A stretch of 56,970 nt of DNA from Candidatus Enterousia sp. (lineage in GTDB: Bacteria > Pseudomonadota > Alphaproteobacteria > Rs-D84). Shown here one piece after another: positions 48,981 to 56,970 of this stretch. Position numbers and translations under genes: made by a program. The notes below the pieces were generated by a model that saw only the letters and a list, made by a program, of their open reading frames with translations, had not been told where the DNA came from and searched no databases. The stretch spans positions 1 through 56,970 of the forward strand of contig JAZLDI010000026.1 of the NCBI GenBank assembly GCA_045614665.1, written 5' to 3'. How positions within the stretch are numbered: the first letter of the stretch is position 1; the number at the start of each line of letters is the position of its first letter.

Positions 48981-49197
48981 TCGGGGCTATCTCAAGCCTA
49001 CGTCATTCGGTGCAAAATTGCTGTGGCATCGTTATACGATGTCATTCCTGTGGTTTTGTGTCGTCATTTATCCCTGACTGTATAAGTCTGGGAGCTGCTT
49101 GCTATACAACAGGGGTTACCCGAAAGCAACAGAATCAATAATGACGTGATTTGAGAACTCCCCGACCGCCTAGCATCCTATGGCGGTCTGTTTTTTT
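48981..49197 (+). ncRNA. Candidate ~185-nt structured RNA followed by its own terminator
   Basis: End pairing TCGGGG/CCCCGA, TCTCAA/TTGAGA, ACGTCATT/AATGACGT; internal hairpins; terminator GACCGCC...GGCGGTC-TGTTTTTTT. Confidence 0.55.
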
Positions 49198-49213
49198 AGC
49201 AGGGGGATACAAA

Positions 49214-49753
49214 ATGAAGAAAATGTTTAAAGTATTTTTATTGATATTCACTACCCTTTTACTTATAGCAACAATGGCTGTATGGGCATGGTGGAATTTT
49301 ATTGAAAACCCTAGAATATCACATTATAAGAATAAATCTTATGCAGAAATAAAGGAATCTACTTATGAAACATGTGTTTTTAATAAAGTAGACGATTCTA
49401 CCATGGTGTTACATGAAGCTTATTGCGAGTGTCTTGCTTCATTCGTAGCAACAGAATTAAAAGACAAATTACCCAGAAAAAAAGAATTTATAAAAAAATA
49501 TGTTGATGCAGAATATGCTTGTAAAGAACAGATAACATTCGTTAATTTGCCTGTTAACAAATTAAAATCATTTTTTTACGAAAGTTGTATAGAGAGCTTC
49601 GGAAAGAAAAATATTAGGTATTGTGAGTGCCATTCCAACAATGTTGTATATTTTATAAAACAGTATAATGATGAAGACATTGTGCGGGCTCTTCTTTTTA
49701 CGAAAATAACAAAAAAAGCAACCGAATTATGTGTCGGATATTATAAACACTAA
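49214..49753 (+). CDS. Membrane-anchored Cys-rich protein with two C...YCEC repeats
   Basis: N-terminal TM; YETC...AYCECLA and YESC...RYCECHS. Confidence 0.7.
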   Translation: MKKMFKVFLLIFTTLLLIATMAVWAWWNFIENPRISHYKNKSYAEIKESTYETCVFNKVDDSTMVLHEAYCECLASFVATELKDKLPRKKEFIKKYVDAEYACKEQITFVNLPVNKLKSFFYESCIESFGKKNIRYCECHSNNVVYFIKQYNDEDIVRALLFTKITKKATELCVGYYKH

Positions 49754-49767
49754 TAAAAGGGGATTTT

Positions 49768-50133
49768 ATGAAAAAATTATTGGCTTTGTTTTTTTGTATA
49801 TTGCTAGGTGCTTGTGCCGACAATGAAGTATCTCTAGATTGCAAACGAGCAGCTCTAGTAAATCTTGGCATAAAGAAGTTTGATGAGAGTTCTAATATTA
49901 CAATGAATGATGCAGCATCCTGTTCTGTAGCTTTTTTATTCTCTCTAGATGAAAATGACATTCTAAGACTTTTTGATGGAGGAATAGCAACTGTTAGTGC
50001 GTATGCAGACGAAGCGTTTGCTTTATGTTACACATTTGTTCAAAAAGCCGATTCCAATGCGATAAAAAACATATTTGAACAGGCGCAGATAGCAATAAGT
50101 TATGCAAAATCACACAGAAAGTGTTTTGAATAA
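49768..50133 (+). CDS. Small Cys-containing lipoprotein
   Basis: Lipobox LLGAC. Confidence 0.7.
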   Translation: MKKLLALFFCILLGACADNEVSLDCKRAALVNLGIKKFDESSNITMNDAASCSVAFLFSLDENDILRLFDGGIATVSAYADEAFALCYTFVQKADSNAIKNIFEQAQIAISYAKSHRKCFE

Positions 50134-50149
50134 AAAGAAGGAGATAAAC

Positions 50150-50593
50150 TTGAGCAAAAAACTTTATATATTATCGGCAGTTATTCTATTTACCGCATTT
50201 ATCACAGGAGGCTTTTATGGTGTTAAGGCACACAAAAAGTCAAAAATAATATCTTCGGTTATCGAAGCTGTTGGAGGAAACAAAACTATAAAGAAAAAGT
50301 GTCTCAAAGATATGTCAGGTCCTATACATATGGAAAGTGGAGAAGTACACGAAAGGTATTTGACGGTTGCTGATATTGTAAGAACTGACAAGATATGTGA
50401 TTGTGTTGTCGCAAAACTACATAAGGAAATGTCCAAAAAGGCTATTTTTGAATTTTTGCCAACAATGATGAATATGCCTAATAATGTTGCTGAACCTGTA
50501 ATAGATATGCTGATAACTGTAAGCCGGACAACATGTGAAACAGAGTTGAATGAATGGCTAGAAAATCAATACAAAAGTATAAGTTTGGAGTAA
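50150..50593 (+). CDS. Membrane-anchored Cys-rich protein (C...ICDC...C)
   Basis: AAGGAG RBS plus TTG start; N-terminal TM. Confidence 0.65.
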   Translation: MSKKLYILSAVILFTAFITGGFYGVKAHKKSKIISSVIEAVGGNKTIKKKCLKDMSGPIHMESGEVHERYLTVADIVRTDKICDCVVAKLHKEMSKKAIFEFLPTMMNMPNNVAEPVIDMLITVSRTTCETELNEWLENQYKSISLE

Positions 50594-50654
50594 TTATTAA
50601 TATAAATAAGATATTATTACTTGATGTTGAATTTTAGGAAATAAGGAATTAGAT

Positions 50655-51329
50655 ATGTATGCCGTGAAAAAAGTTGGTCCGTTGAGCCTTTGTTTATTGG
50701 TGATTGGGTGCGTAATGGAACCTTGTGTTGATAGGTGTTTTGAAGGCAATGATTACGATTATGAAAACACACATAAAATTGAAGATTTTTTGAATGTGCA
50801 TGATTCCTGTATTGTATTTGATGAAACACAATTTCAAACCGGGTTTAAGGAACTGAACGAAAATCCATTTTATAGCAACGACCCTTTTGAAAAAAATCTT
50901 GGATATGGTCGTTCTGATATCAAAATGACAAAACGCGAATATGACAAAGAGATAAATAACTACAAATGCACTAATCCTATAAAAGTTAGACGAGAAATAA
51001 ATATATACAGTATTTCTATACCAGACGTTTGTGAAAAGGCAAGCTATGCGGGCTCCGTTTATACGGGTTCAACATCGTATATTGGGTATGGACGAGTGAA
51101 TACATTTAATAATTCGTTCCCTGTTTATAATAAAGAACTGGTTCCTTGTAGAAAGACCACTTTTCTTACAGAAATAAAGTTTTACAAAGATAAAATATAT
51201 TTAGGCCACATTTCTGATAAATACTGGAATTATAATAACTTGTATCATGATAAAATTTTTACATATACATATCAATTTAGAGATATTTTAGAGTTAGAAA
51301 GAAAAAGAGAAAATGTAGTGTCTAAGTAG
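50655..51329 (+). CDS. Putative lipoprotein
   Basis: LVIGC lipobox-like; AAGGA RBS. Confidence 0.6.
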   Translation: MYAVKKVGPLSLCLLVIGCVMEPCVDRCFEGNDYDYENTHKIEDFLNVHDSCIVFDETQFQTGFKELNENPFYSNDPFEKNLGYGRSDIKMTKREYDKEINNYKCTNPIKVRREINIYSISIPDVCEKASYAGSVYTGSTSYIGYGRVNTFNNSFPVYNKELVPCRKTTFLTEIKFYKDKIYLGHISDKYWNYNNLYHDKIFTYTYQFRDILELERKRENVVSK

Positions 51330-51377
51330 GAGGTAATGATATGAAAAATATAATGCGCTCCAATGATTTGTCTTGAA

Positions 51378-51506
51378 ATGTAACAAAAGGTACATTTTGT
51401 AACATTAACGCGGAAAGCCCCAGAAAACCAAGAGTGGCAAACCGCGTTAATAACTTGACAGCAGCAAAATGTTACAATATAATAACATACAAATAAAGTG
51501 TAACAT
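51378..51506 (+). promoter_or_regulatory. Consensus sigma70 promoter within a repeat array (putative recombinase binding/res site)
   Basis: TTGACA(51455)-17-TATAAT(51478); four TGTAACA/TGTTACA motifs; ATTAACGCGG/CCGCGTTAAT inverted repeat. Confidence 0.7.
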
Positions 51507-51523
51507 TATACTAAGGAAATAAA

Positions 51524-52108
51524 ATGGTAAACAAAGAGTTCGTAAAAGATTCAAAACTGAAAGACATCTTGGCCTACATCAAGGGTATCAATCACAGTGA
51601 ACAAATCCGCATGATGTTTTTCTGCTCACTGAATGGTCTTCGCTGCATCAATTTCAGATGTTTGCAGGTCAAGGATGTATTTAATGCCGATGGTACTGCC
51701 AAAGATGTCATAGATTTGAGCTGTGACAAGAATAAGGGTAAATTTTCGGCCAAATACTACATCAACAATCAATTTAGGAGAGAATTAGAAAATTACTTCA
51801 AGTATTTGACGGCTAAGTATGGAGAAAAACTGGATAGTAACACATACCTGTTCACGTCACAAAAGCAAAACAAGCCATTTAATCGAGTGTCCATTTGCCG
51901 TATTTTCAGCATGATATACCAAAAATTCGGAATTCATGGGGCCTCACACTTAGGCAGACACATGTTCATAACTAAAATGATTAACAACGGCATCAATCCA
52001 TTTTTGGTAAAACAGTTAGTCAATCACCGAAACATCCAGACTACCCAACGTTATTACAACACCAATCCGGTACAGTTGTTAAATGCCGTAGAAACAGCCA
52101 GAATATAG
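51524..52108 (+). CDS. Tyrosine recombinase, catalytic domain only
   Basis: GLRCIN (R), KGK, HLGRH (HxxR), VNHRNIQTTQRY (H,Y). Confidence 0.88.
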   Translation: MVNKEFVKDSKLKDILAYIKGINHSEQIRMMFFCSLNGLRCINFRCLQVKDVFNADGTAKDVIDLSCDKNKGKFSAKYYINNQFRRELENYFKYLTAKYGEKLDSNTYLFTSQKQNKPFNRVSICRIFSMIYQKFGIHGASHLGRHMFITKMINNGINPFLVKQLVNHRNIQTTQRYYNTNPVQLLNAVETARI

Positions 52109-52181
52109 ATAAAATTCCAATAAAGACCATATCATCCCCCTTGCGAGTTCTATTGATTACATAGAAACCAAGGGGTAAAAT

Positions 52182-52370
52182 ATGGCAGTAAAAAGTGACA
52201 TACATTATCGCTGGGAAGATGACTGCGTAGTTGTAAAAAAGAACAAAGGCAACAAGCTCAAATTCCAAAACGCCAAAGCTGCGTACCACAAAGACGGCAA
52301 TATATTCGTCATATCTTCACTAGGCCGAAAAATACGGGTAGACAAGTTCGGCATCAGGCATTGGGAATAA
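52182..52370 (+). CDS. Small basic hypothetical protein
   Basis: AAGGGG RBS; 62 aa. Confidence 0.5.
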   Translation: MAVKSDIHYRWEDDCVVVKKNKGNKLKFQNAKAAYHKDGNIFVISSLGRKIRVDKFGIRHWE

Positions 52371-52483
52371 CCAGACCACTATTTTTTATTTCCGCTAATA
52401 TTTCATTCAACAATGGGCCTAAATCAAGCACTTGTTGTACATCTTCGGGTAGAACTGTGTCAAATTCGGGGCCCCATTATAAA

Positions 52484-52508
52484 ATGCCCCAAATGGGGCA
52501 ATTTTTAT
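52484..52508. terminator. Terminator displaced from tRNA-His by island insertion
   Basis: TGCCCC-AAAT-GGGGCA-ATTTTT immediately after the att repeat. Confidence 0.7.
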
Positions 52509-52556
52509 ATTCAGAATGCCGCGATGATATCTATCCTGGTGCGCGACACGGATTGG

Positions 52557-54401
52557 TTATTCCTTAACCATATATTTTACAGTGCCAGCATATATTGGCA
52601 GGGAAAAAGAAGAAATATTATCCGTGAATTGTGTCTCTGAACTGATATAGCAATCGGCTATGGCTGTGGCACCGGGAATATCTGCATCCCCGCCATCACT
52701 GGTTGTGCCGACGGGACAGTTGCTTCCTTTCGAGGCATTTGCCAAACAATAATACCCCGCCTCACACGGTGTCGGTGTATCGGCACCACCATCTTCCTTC
52801 ACCGGGCAATAATACCCGGCGGGACAACTTTCCTGAGAGTCGCTGGCGCGGGGACAATAGTACCCTGGATCACACGGTATTGGCTTCTCTGTCGTTCCCG
52901 GACAATAATATCCGGCGGGACATATCGTCGTCGTCGACGACCCCTCGGGACAATAAGTCTTGGGGCTGCATGGTTCCGGCTCACTGGTTTGAGGATAAGA
53001 ACAAACATATCCGCCCGGACATATCTCTTTTACACCATCAACACAATAATATCCGGTACCACAGTCCGTATAAGCGGGGTTAAGTTCTATTGCATTACTG
53101 CTAAATTCACTGGATTGCGATTGTTCGATGGTCTTGATATTATCGCCAACGTTTATCGCACGACTGGAATAAAGCCAATTTACAAACAACTGACCGTCTG
53201 GAACGGTGGTTGTTGGGTTATAATCAATCACACAGTCTGAATTATATGTACACGTTTTGGTTTTGTTGGACCCGTCACTGTATTTTACCGTATAATTTTT
53301 CCAAGACCACCATTTGTATAAATTTATTGTGTCGTATTCGTCTATGCTGCACCCAATGGAATCTGTATTTTTTTTACAGGTATCAACTATATTATCGCTG
53401 TTGTTGAATGTATTGGACGTCCACATTGGTGCATCACAAGCGCATCCCGTACCCTGGGCGCAACCACAAAAATACCAACCTTTAAAATTTTTCTTGGGCG
53501 TTGTAACGGATACGACAGAATCTAAACTGGTCCCATCATCGCCGTATACACCATCTAAGTCCAAATCGTATCCCGTACCGGGCCGATATTTTATGTACTT
53601 ACTGTCACTGGATGCGGTGGATCCAGTGTTCAAATATATTTTATATGTTCGTGGCACACAATTATTTTCCCCGACATTTGTAGTACTTACCCGACCGGCA
53701 TAATCATAATATCCATATCCATCGTCACAGTCACAACTATTGCCCGCGGTATTTACATGAGCATTGGCCCCACACGTACCACAACCGTATAATTCAGAAT
53801 CTCTTATATTGGTTTCCACTACATAAATACTATTTCCATCAAAATCTGTGCGCTCGCCGCTAACATAAAACATCCCACCATCATTACTGTTGCCGGCCGC
53901 ATATAAGCGCACAAATCTGGTTTCACGATCAAATGTTCCCATTCCACATTTTTCGCAACTAACATAATAACGACAATCTGATTGGGTGCTTGAAGAATTA
54001 CATAGTAGATTTGTATACAACTTTAATCCATAGCCAGCGGGACAAGAAACCAAAATAGGACAAAAGCCATCTGTGTTACCCAAGGCATAATAATTGCCAT
54101 TAACTATACGTTCTGTTTTAGCGGTTAGCAAAGAAATGTCTGGTTGGGTTTCTGATCGACTGTCCACAAGCATATGATCAGTCAATGGCAAATTGGTACA
54201 CTCATAACACTTGTACGATACCGGTCCATTTGCATAATCACGCGTATATCCCCAATAGCACATCAAAGCATCCGATGAGCTGTTGCAATACGACATGGTG
54301 TCATACCCCGTACAAGCGACCGCGGAGCCAGGCCCACCAACAACACCAAATGCACGAGATGTCGCAACGCACAGAAAAGCCAGCAAAACTATCTTTTTCA
54401 T
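52557..54401 (-). CDS. Exported Cys-rich protein with CPAGYYCP (GCC2/GCC3-like) repeats
   Basis: Signal peptide; about seven tandem CxxGYYCP units near the C-terminus; FKGWY/FVNW Flg_new-like segments. Confidence 0.75.
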   Translation of the reverse strand: MKKIVLLAFLCVATSRAFGVVGGPGSAVACTGYDTMSYCNSSSDALMCYWGYTRDYANGPVSYKCYECTNLPLTDHMLVDSRSETQPDISLLTAKTERIVNGNYYALGNTDGFCPILVSCPAGYGLKLYTNLLCNSSSTQSDCRYYVSCEKCGMGTFDRETRFVRLYAAGNSNDGGMFYVSGERTDFDGNSIYVVETNIRDSELYGCGTCGANAHVNTAGNSCDCDDGYGYYDYAGRVSTTNVGENNCVPRTYKIYLNTGSTASSDSKYIKYRPGTGYDLDLDGVYGDDGTSLDSVVSVTTPKKNFKGWYFCGCAQGTGCACDAPMWTSNTFNNSDNIVDTCKKNTDSIGCSIDEYDTINLYKWWSWKNYTVKYSDGSNKTKTCTYNSDCVIDYNPTTTVPDGQLFVNWLYSSRAINVGDNIKTIEQSQSSEFSSNAIELNPAYTDCGTGYYCVDGVKEICPGGYVCSYPQTSEPEPCSPKTYCPEGSSTTTICPAGYYCPGTTEKPIPCDPGYYCPRASDSQESCPAGYYCPVKEDGGADTPTPCEAGYYCLANASKGSNCPVGTTSDGGDADIPGATAIADCYISSETQFTDNISSFSLPIYAGTVKYMVKE

Positions 54402-54535
54402 ACAATCCCCCCGAATACCATCAATATGGATTCTTATACTGGAATCTTAGAACAACGGCCGATTAAATACAAGGGGAAAACACGAACGTTTTTTATTATT
54501 GAATATTCGGGGATTTTTCACTAAATTTATGGTAT

Positions 54536-56593
54536 ATGAAACGTGAACTGATTGATTTTTTAAATACAGACCTGCAATTCATCAAAGGGGTGGGACCGGT
54601 TCTGGCGGCGCGCTTTGATGATGTGTTGGGGGGGCGACGCGTGCTGGATTTCTTGTTACATCGTCCGGCATATGTGCGCGCACGCGACATAACCGATAAT
54701 GTTATGGACGCAACCCCGGGGGATGTGATAACAATCCCATTATTGGTTAAAAGCCACAAGTCCGGCGGTGTTTTTCGTGGACGTCGTCGTCCAACCCAGA
54801 TACTGTGCAACGATAAAATGGGCAACGCGGTTGTGATTCAGTTCTTTAACGTAAACTATCTGGATTATTGGTTGAAAAAGTTGCCAATCGGTGGATGGCG
54901 TATGATTTCGGGCAAACTGGAACGTGGTGCCCGCCCAACAATCAGTCACCCCGATTTTATCGAAGAAATGCAAAACGCATCCAAGATACCGTCTATTCAG
55001 GCAATTTATCCAGCGGGCGAAGGGCTGACCCAGAAAGTGTTTGCCAACGTGCGTGACAAGATATTTGAAATATTGCCAGATAAATTACGTAGCGAGGACG
55101 AAGAACGTGTCTTGGAATTTTTTGATGCATTGCAACATATTCATTTTCCAACGTCCGCCGATGATTTGATGCCAAATGCAACGCATATGGCAAAATTAGC
55201 ATACTGTGAATTATTCGCGCACCAATCTGCGATTGTAATCAGTCGTCGCAATCGTGCCGACATCAAGAATCGTCGCATCGTGCGTTCAAAAAAATATGAT
55301 TTGATGGAAAAATTTTATGCGGCCCTGCCCTTTGAAATGACGAGCGCACAAAGTCGTACGTGCGACGAGATTTTCGATGACCTGCAAAAGAATATACCGA
55401 TGATGCGCCTGGTCCAGGGGGATGTGGGGTCGGGGAAAACGATTGTTGCCCTGGCGGCGGCGGTTAAAATGGCGGAAACGGGCGCAGCCACGGCTTTATT
55501 GGCACCAACCGATACCCTGGCCCAACAGCACTTTGCCAAGTTAAAACCAATGTGCGATAAAATTGGGATTGTGTGTGATATTCTGACTGGACGTGACAAG
55601 GGTGTGATGCGTCGTGAAAAATTAATATCGTTAAAATCGGGGCGGACACGCCTGGTTGTCGGGACGCATGCATTATTTTCGTCGGATGTTGAATACCGTG
55701 ATTTGGGCCTGGTTATTATTGATGAACAACACCGATTTGGCGTGGCCCAGCGCGAAGCCCTGCGACAAAAAGGGAACAACCCAGATCTGCTGGCGCTGTC
55801 TGCAACACCGATTCCGCGAACGCTGTCTATGACGATGTATGGCGATATGGATGTGTCGATTATTAACGAAAAGCCCGCTGGGCGTAAACCTATTAAGACG
55901 ACCAAGTTACCAATGATGCGAATAAATGAATTGGTGGGGCGGCTACAGATGCAAATTGCCACCGGCGCCAAGGTTTTTTGGGTATGCCCCCTGGTCGAAG
56001 AATCCGAAAATGGCGATACCAATATGACGGCAGTGGTTGAACGGCACAAGATGTTGACCCAATATTTTCCAACAGCTGGCCTGGTTCATGGGCAAATGGA
56101 CAAGAAACAGCGCGACACAGTTATGGAAAAATTTGCCGATAATGATTCTGATATGCGCATCCTGGTCGCGACCACGGTCATAGAGGTTGGAATTGATGTT
56201 CCACGTGCCTCTATTATCGTTATCGAAAACGCTGAACGGTTTGGTTTGGCAGCCTTGCACCAGTTACGCGGGCGTGTAGGACGCGGCAACACACAATCGT
56301 ATTGCGTTTTAATATTTGGCAATAACCTGTCTGATGACGGAATAAAGCGTTTAGACGTCCTGTGCGAGACGGATGACGGTTTTGTAATTGCGGAACAGGA
56401 CCTTATGATGCGCGGCGTTGGTGAATTGATGGGGACACGACAAAGCGGTTGGATACAATATCATTTTGTAGATTACCGCGAGCATCGTGACTTATTTAAA
56501 CTGGCTGCGAATGCAGCACGCGATAATGATGCCGACGAATGGACACGCGATTTAATGTACATATTTGACCGTGGGGTGATTCAAGGTGCGTAA
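54536..56593 (+). CDS. recG: ATP-dependent DNA helicase RecG
   Basis: QGDVGSGKT, DEQHRFG, SATPIPRT, LHQLRGRVGRG. Confidence 0.96.
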   Translation: MKRELIDFLNTDLQFIKGVGPVLAARFDDVLGGRRVLDFLLHRPAYVRARDITDNVMDATPGDVITIPLLVKSHKSGGVFRGRRRPTQILCNDKMGNAVVIQFFNVNYLDYWLKKLPIGGWRMISGKLERGARPTISHPDFIEEMQNASKIPSIQAIYPAGEGLTQKVFANVRDKIFEILPDKLRSEDEERVLEFFDALQHIHFPTSADDLMPNATHMAKLAYCELFAHQSAIVISRRNRADIKNRRIVRSKKYDLMEKFYAALPFEMTSAQSRTCDEIFDDLQKNIPMMRLVQGDVGSGKTIVALAAAVKMAETGAATALLAPTDTLAQQHFAKLKPMCDKIGIVCDILTGRDKGVMRREKLISLKSGRTRLVVGTHALFSSDVEYRDLGLVIIDEQHRFGVAQREALRQKGNNPDLLALSATPIPRTLSMTMYGDMDVSIINEKPAGRKPIKTTKLPMMRINELVGRLQMQIATGAKVFWVCPLVEESENGDTNMTAVVERHKMLTQYFPTAGLVHGQMDKKQRDTVMEKFADNDSDMRILVATTVIEVGIDVPRASIIVIENAERFGLAALHQLRGRVGRGNTQSYCVLIFGNNLSDDGIKRLDVLCETDDGFVIAEQDLMMRGVGELMGTRQSGWIQYHFVDYREHRDLFKLAANAARDNDADEWTRDLMYIFDRGVIQGA

Positions 56594-56941
56594 AATATTT
56601 GCATTTTTGTTATCTGTTTTTATGGTGATGCCAACATTTGGGGCAACACTTATTAATGATACAGAGACCGAGCGTTTTTTGTCTGAACTGGTGGCACCAC
56701 TGGGGGTGGCGGCCGACATTGGTACAGGACGGTTAAATGTACATATCATAGATGATGATGATTTTAACGCGTTTGTGCGCGGCGGTGAAGATGTCTATGT
56801 TTACACAGGCCTGCTTAAGCAAATAAAAAATCCAGATGCGTTGGTGGCGGTAATTGCGCACGAATTGGGACATACAATTGGTGGGCACGTGGCGCAATTA
56901 TCGGCACGGTCGGACGCAGAAATGAAACGTACAATGCTGAT
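56586..56941 (+). CDS. M48 metalloprotease (BepA/YfgC-like), 3'-truncated
   Basis: GTG start; LINDTETE...FNAFV...YTGLL...AVIAHELGH. Confidence 0.85.
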
Positions 56942-56970
56942 AAGTCGGATCGTAGCCATGTCGTTCTGTG
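56942..56970 (+). other. MGI/BGI sequencing adapter (artefact)
   Basis: AAGTCGGATCGTAGCCATGTCGTTCTGTG is the start of the DNBSEQ adapter. Confidence 0.93.

Larger units (their letters stand above)
44106..52477. mobile_element. 8.4-kb integrative element at the tRNA-His 3' end
   Basis: GCCCCAT direct repeat at 44106-44112 and 52471-52477; rebuilt attP GTCAAAT-TCGGGGCCCCAT-ATTTGAC is symmetric; displaced terminator at 52484-52508; AT-rich cargo. Confidence 0.85.

Noticed and set aside
48981-49165. tmRNA, RNase P, SRP or retron msr-msd identity
   Set aside because: Starts GGGGCT but has no T-arm/CCA end, no RNase P or SRP signature motifs, and no reverse transcriptase in the window.
55315-56049. 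244-aa minus-strand ORF and similar antisense ORFs in alaS, bamA and ackA
   Set aside because: Shadows of well-conserved genes on the opposite strand.

Overview
Chromosomal window of an alphaproteobacterium with a compact gene set (gene order and Cys-rich surface proteins suggest a host-associated Rs-D84/Rickettsiales-like lineage; this is inference). The core genes are rpoZ, mtaB, dac, holB, tatD, smpB, hup, alaS, ackA, yraN, virB8-like pair, bamA-rseP-cdsA-uppS-frr, recG and an M48 peptidase. Three tRNA-anchored accessory regions interrupt them. (1) At tRNA-Ser(GGA): a ~14.6-kb serine-recombinase/DUF2924 island carrying an Mza-like defence operon (MORC ATPase, Z1 helicase, PD-(D/E)XK, AIPR) with a C5 methyltransferase and HNH nucleases. 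A 1.3-kb single-gene mini-island with the same ends sits in a duplicated tRNA 3' end. (2) At tRNA-Lys(TTT): a Tlde1-like toxin, a putative immunity gene, an orphan toxin tip and a lysozyme. (3) At tRNA-His(GTG): an 8.4-kb element with two large serine recombinases, an HUH Rep-like protein, a ~185-nt structured RNA candidate, four small Cys-rich exported proteins and a tyrosine recombinase. The most striking unexplained feature is a conserved ~100-nt structured module found at both tRNA-Ser and tRNA-Lys, in each case fused to a copy of the last 19 nt of the local tRNA. At the Ser locus this copy appears to have served as a second integration site. The last 29 nt of the window are an MGI/BGI sequencing adapter.
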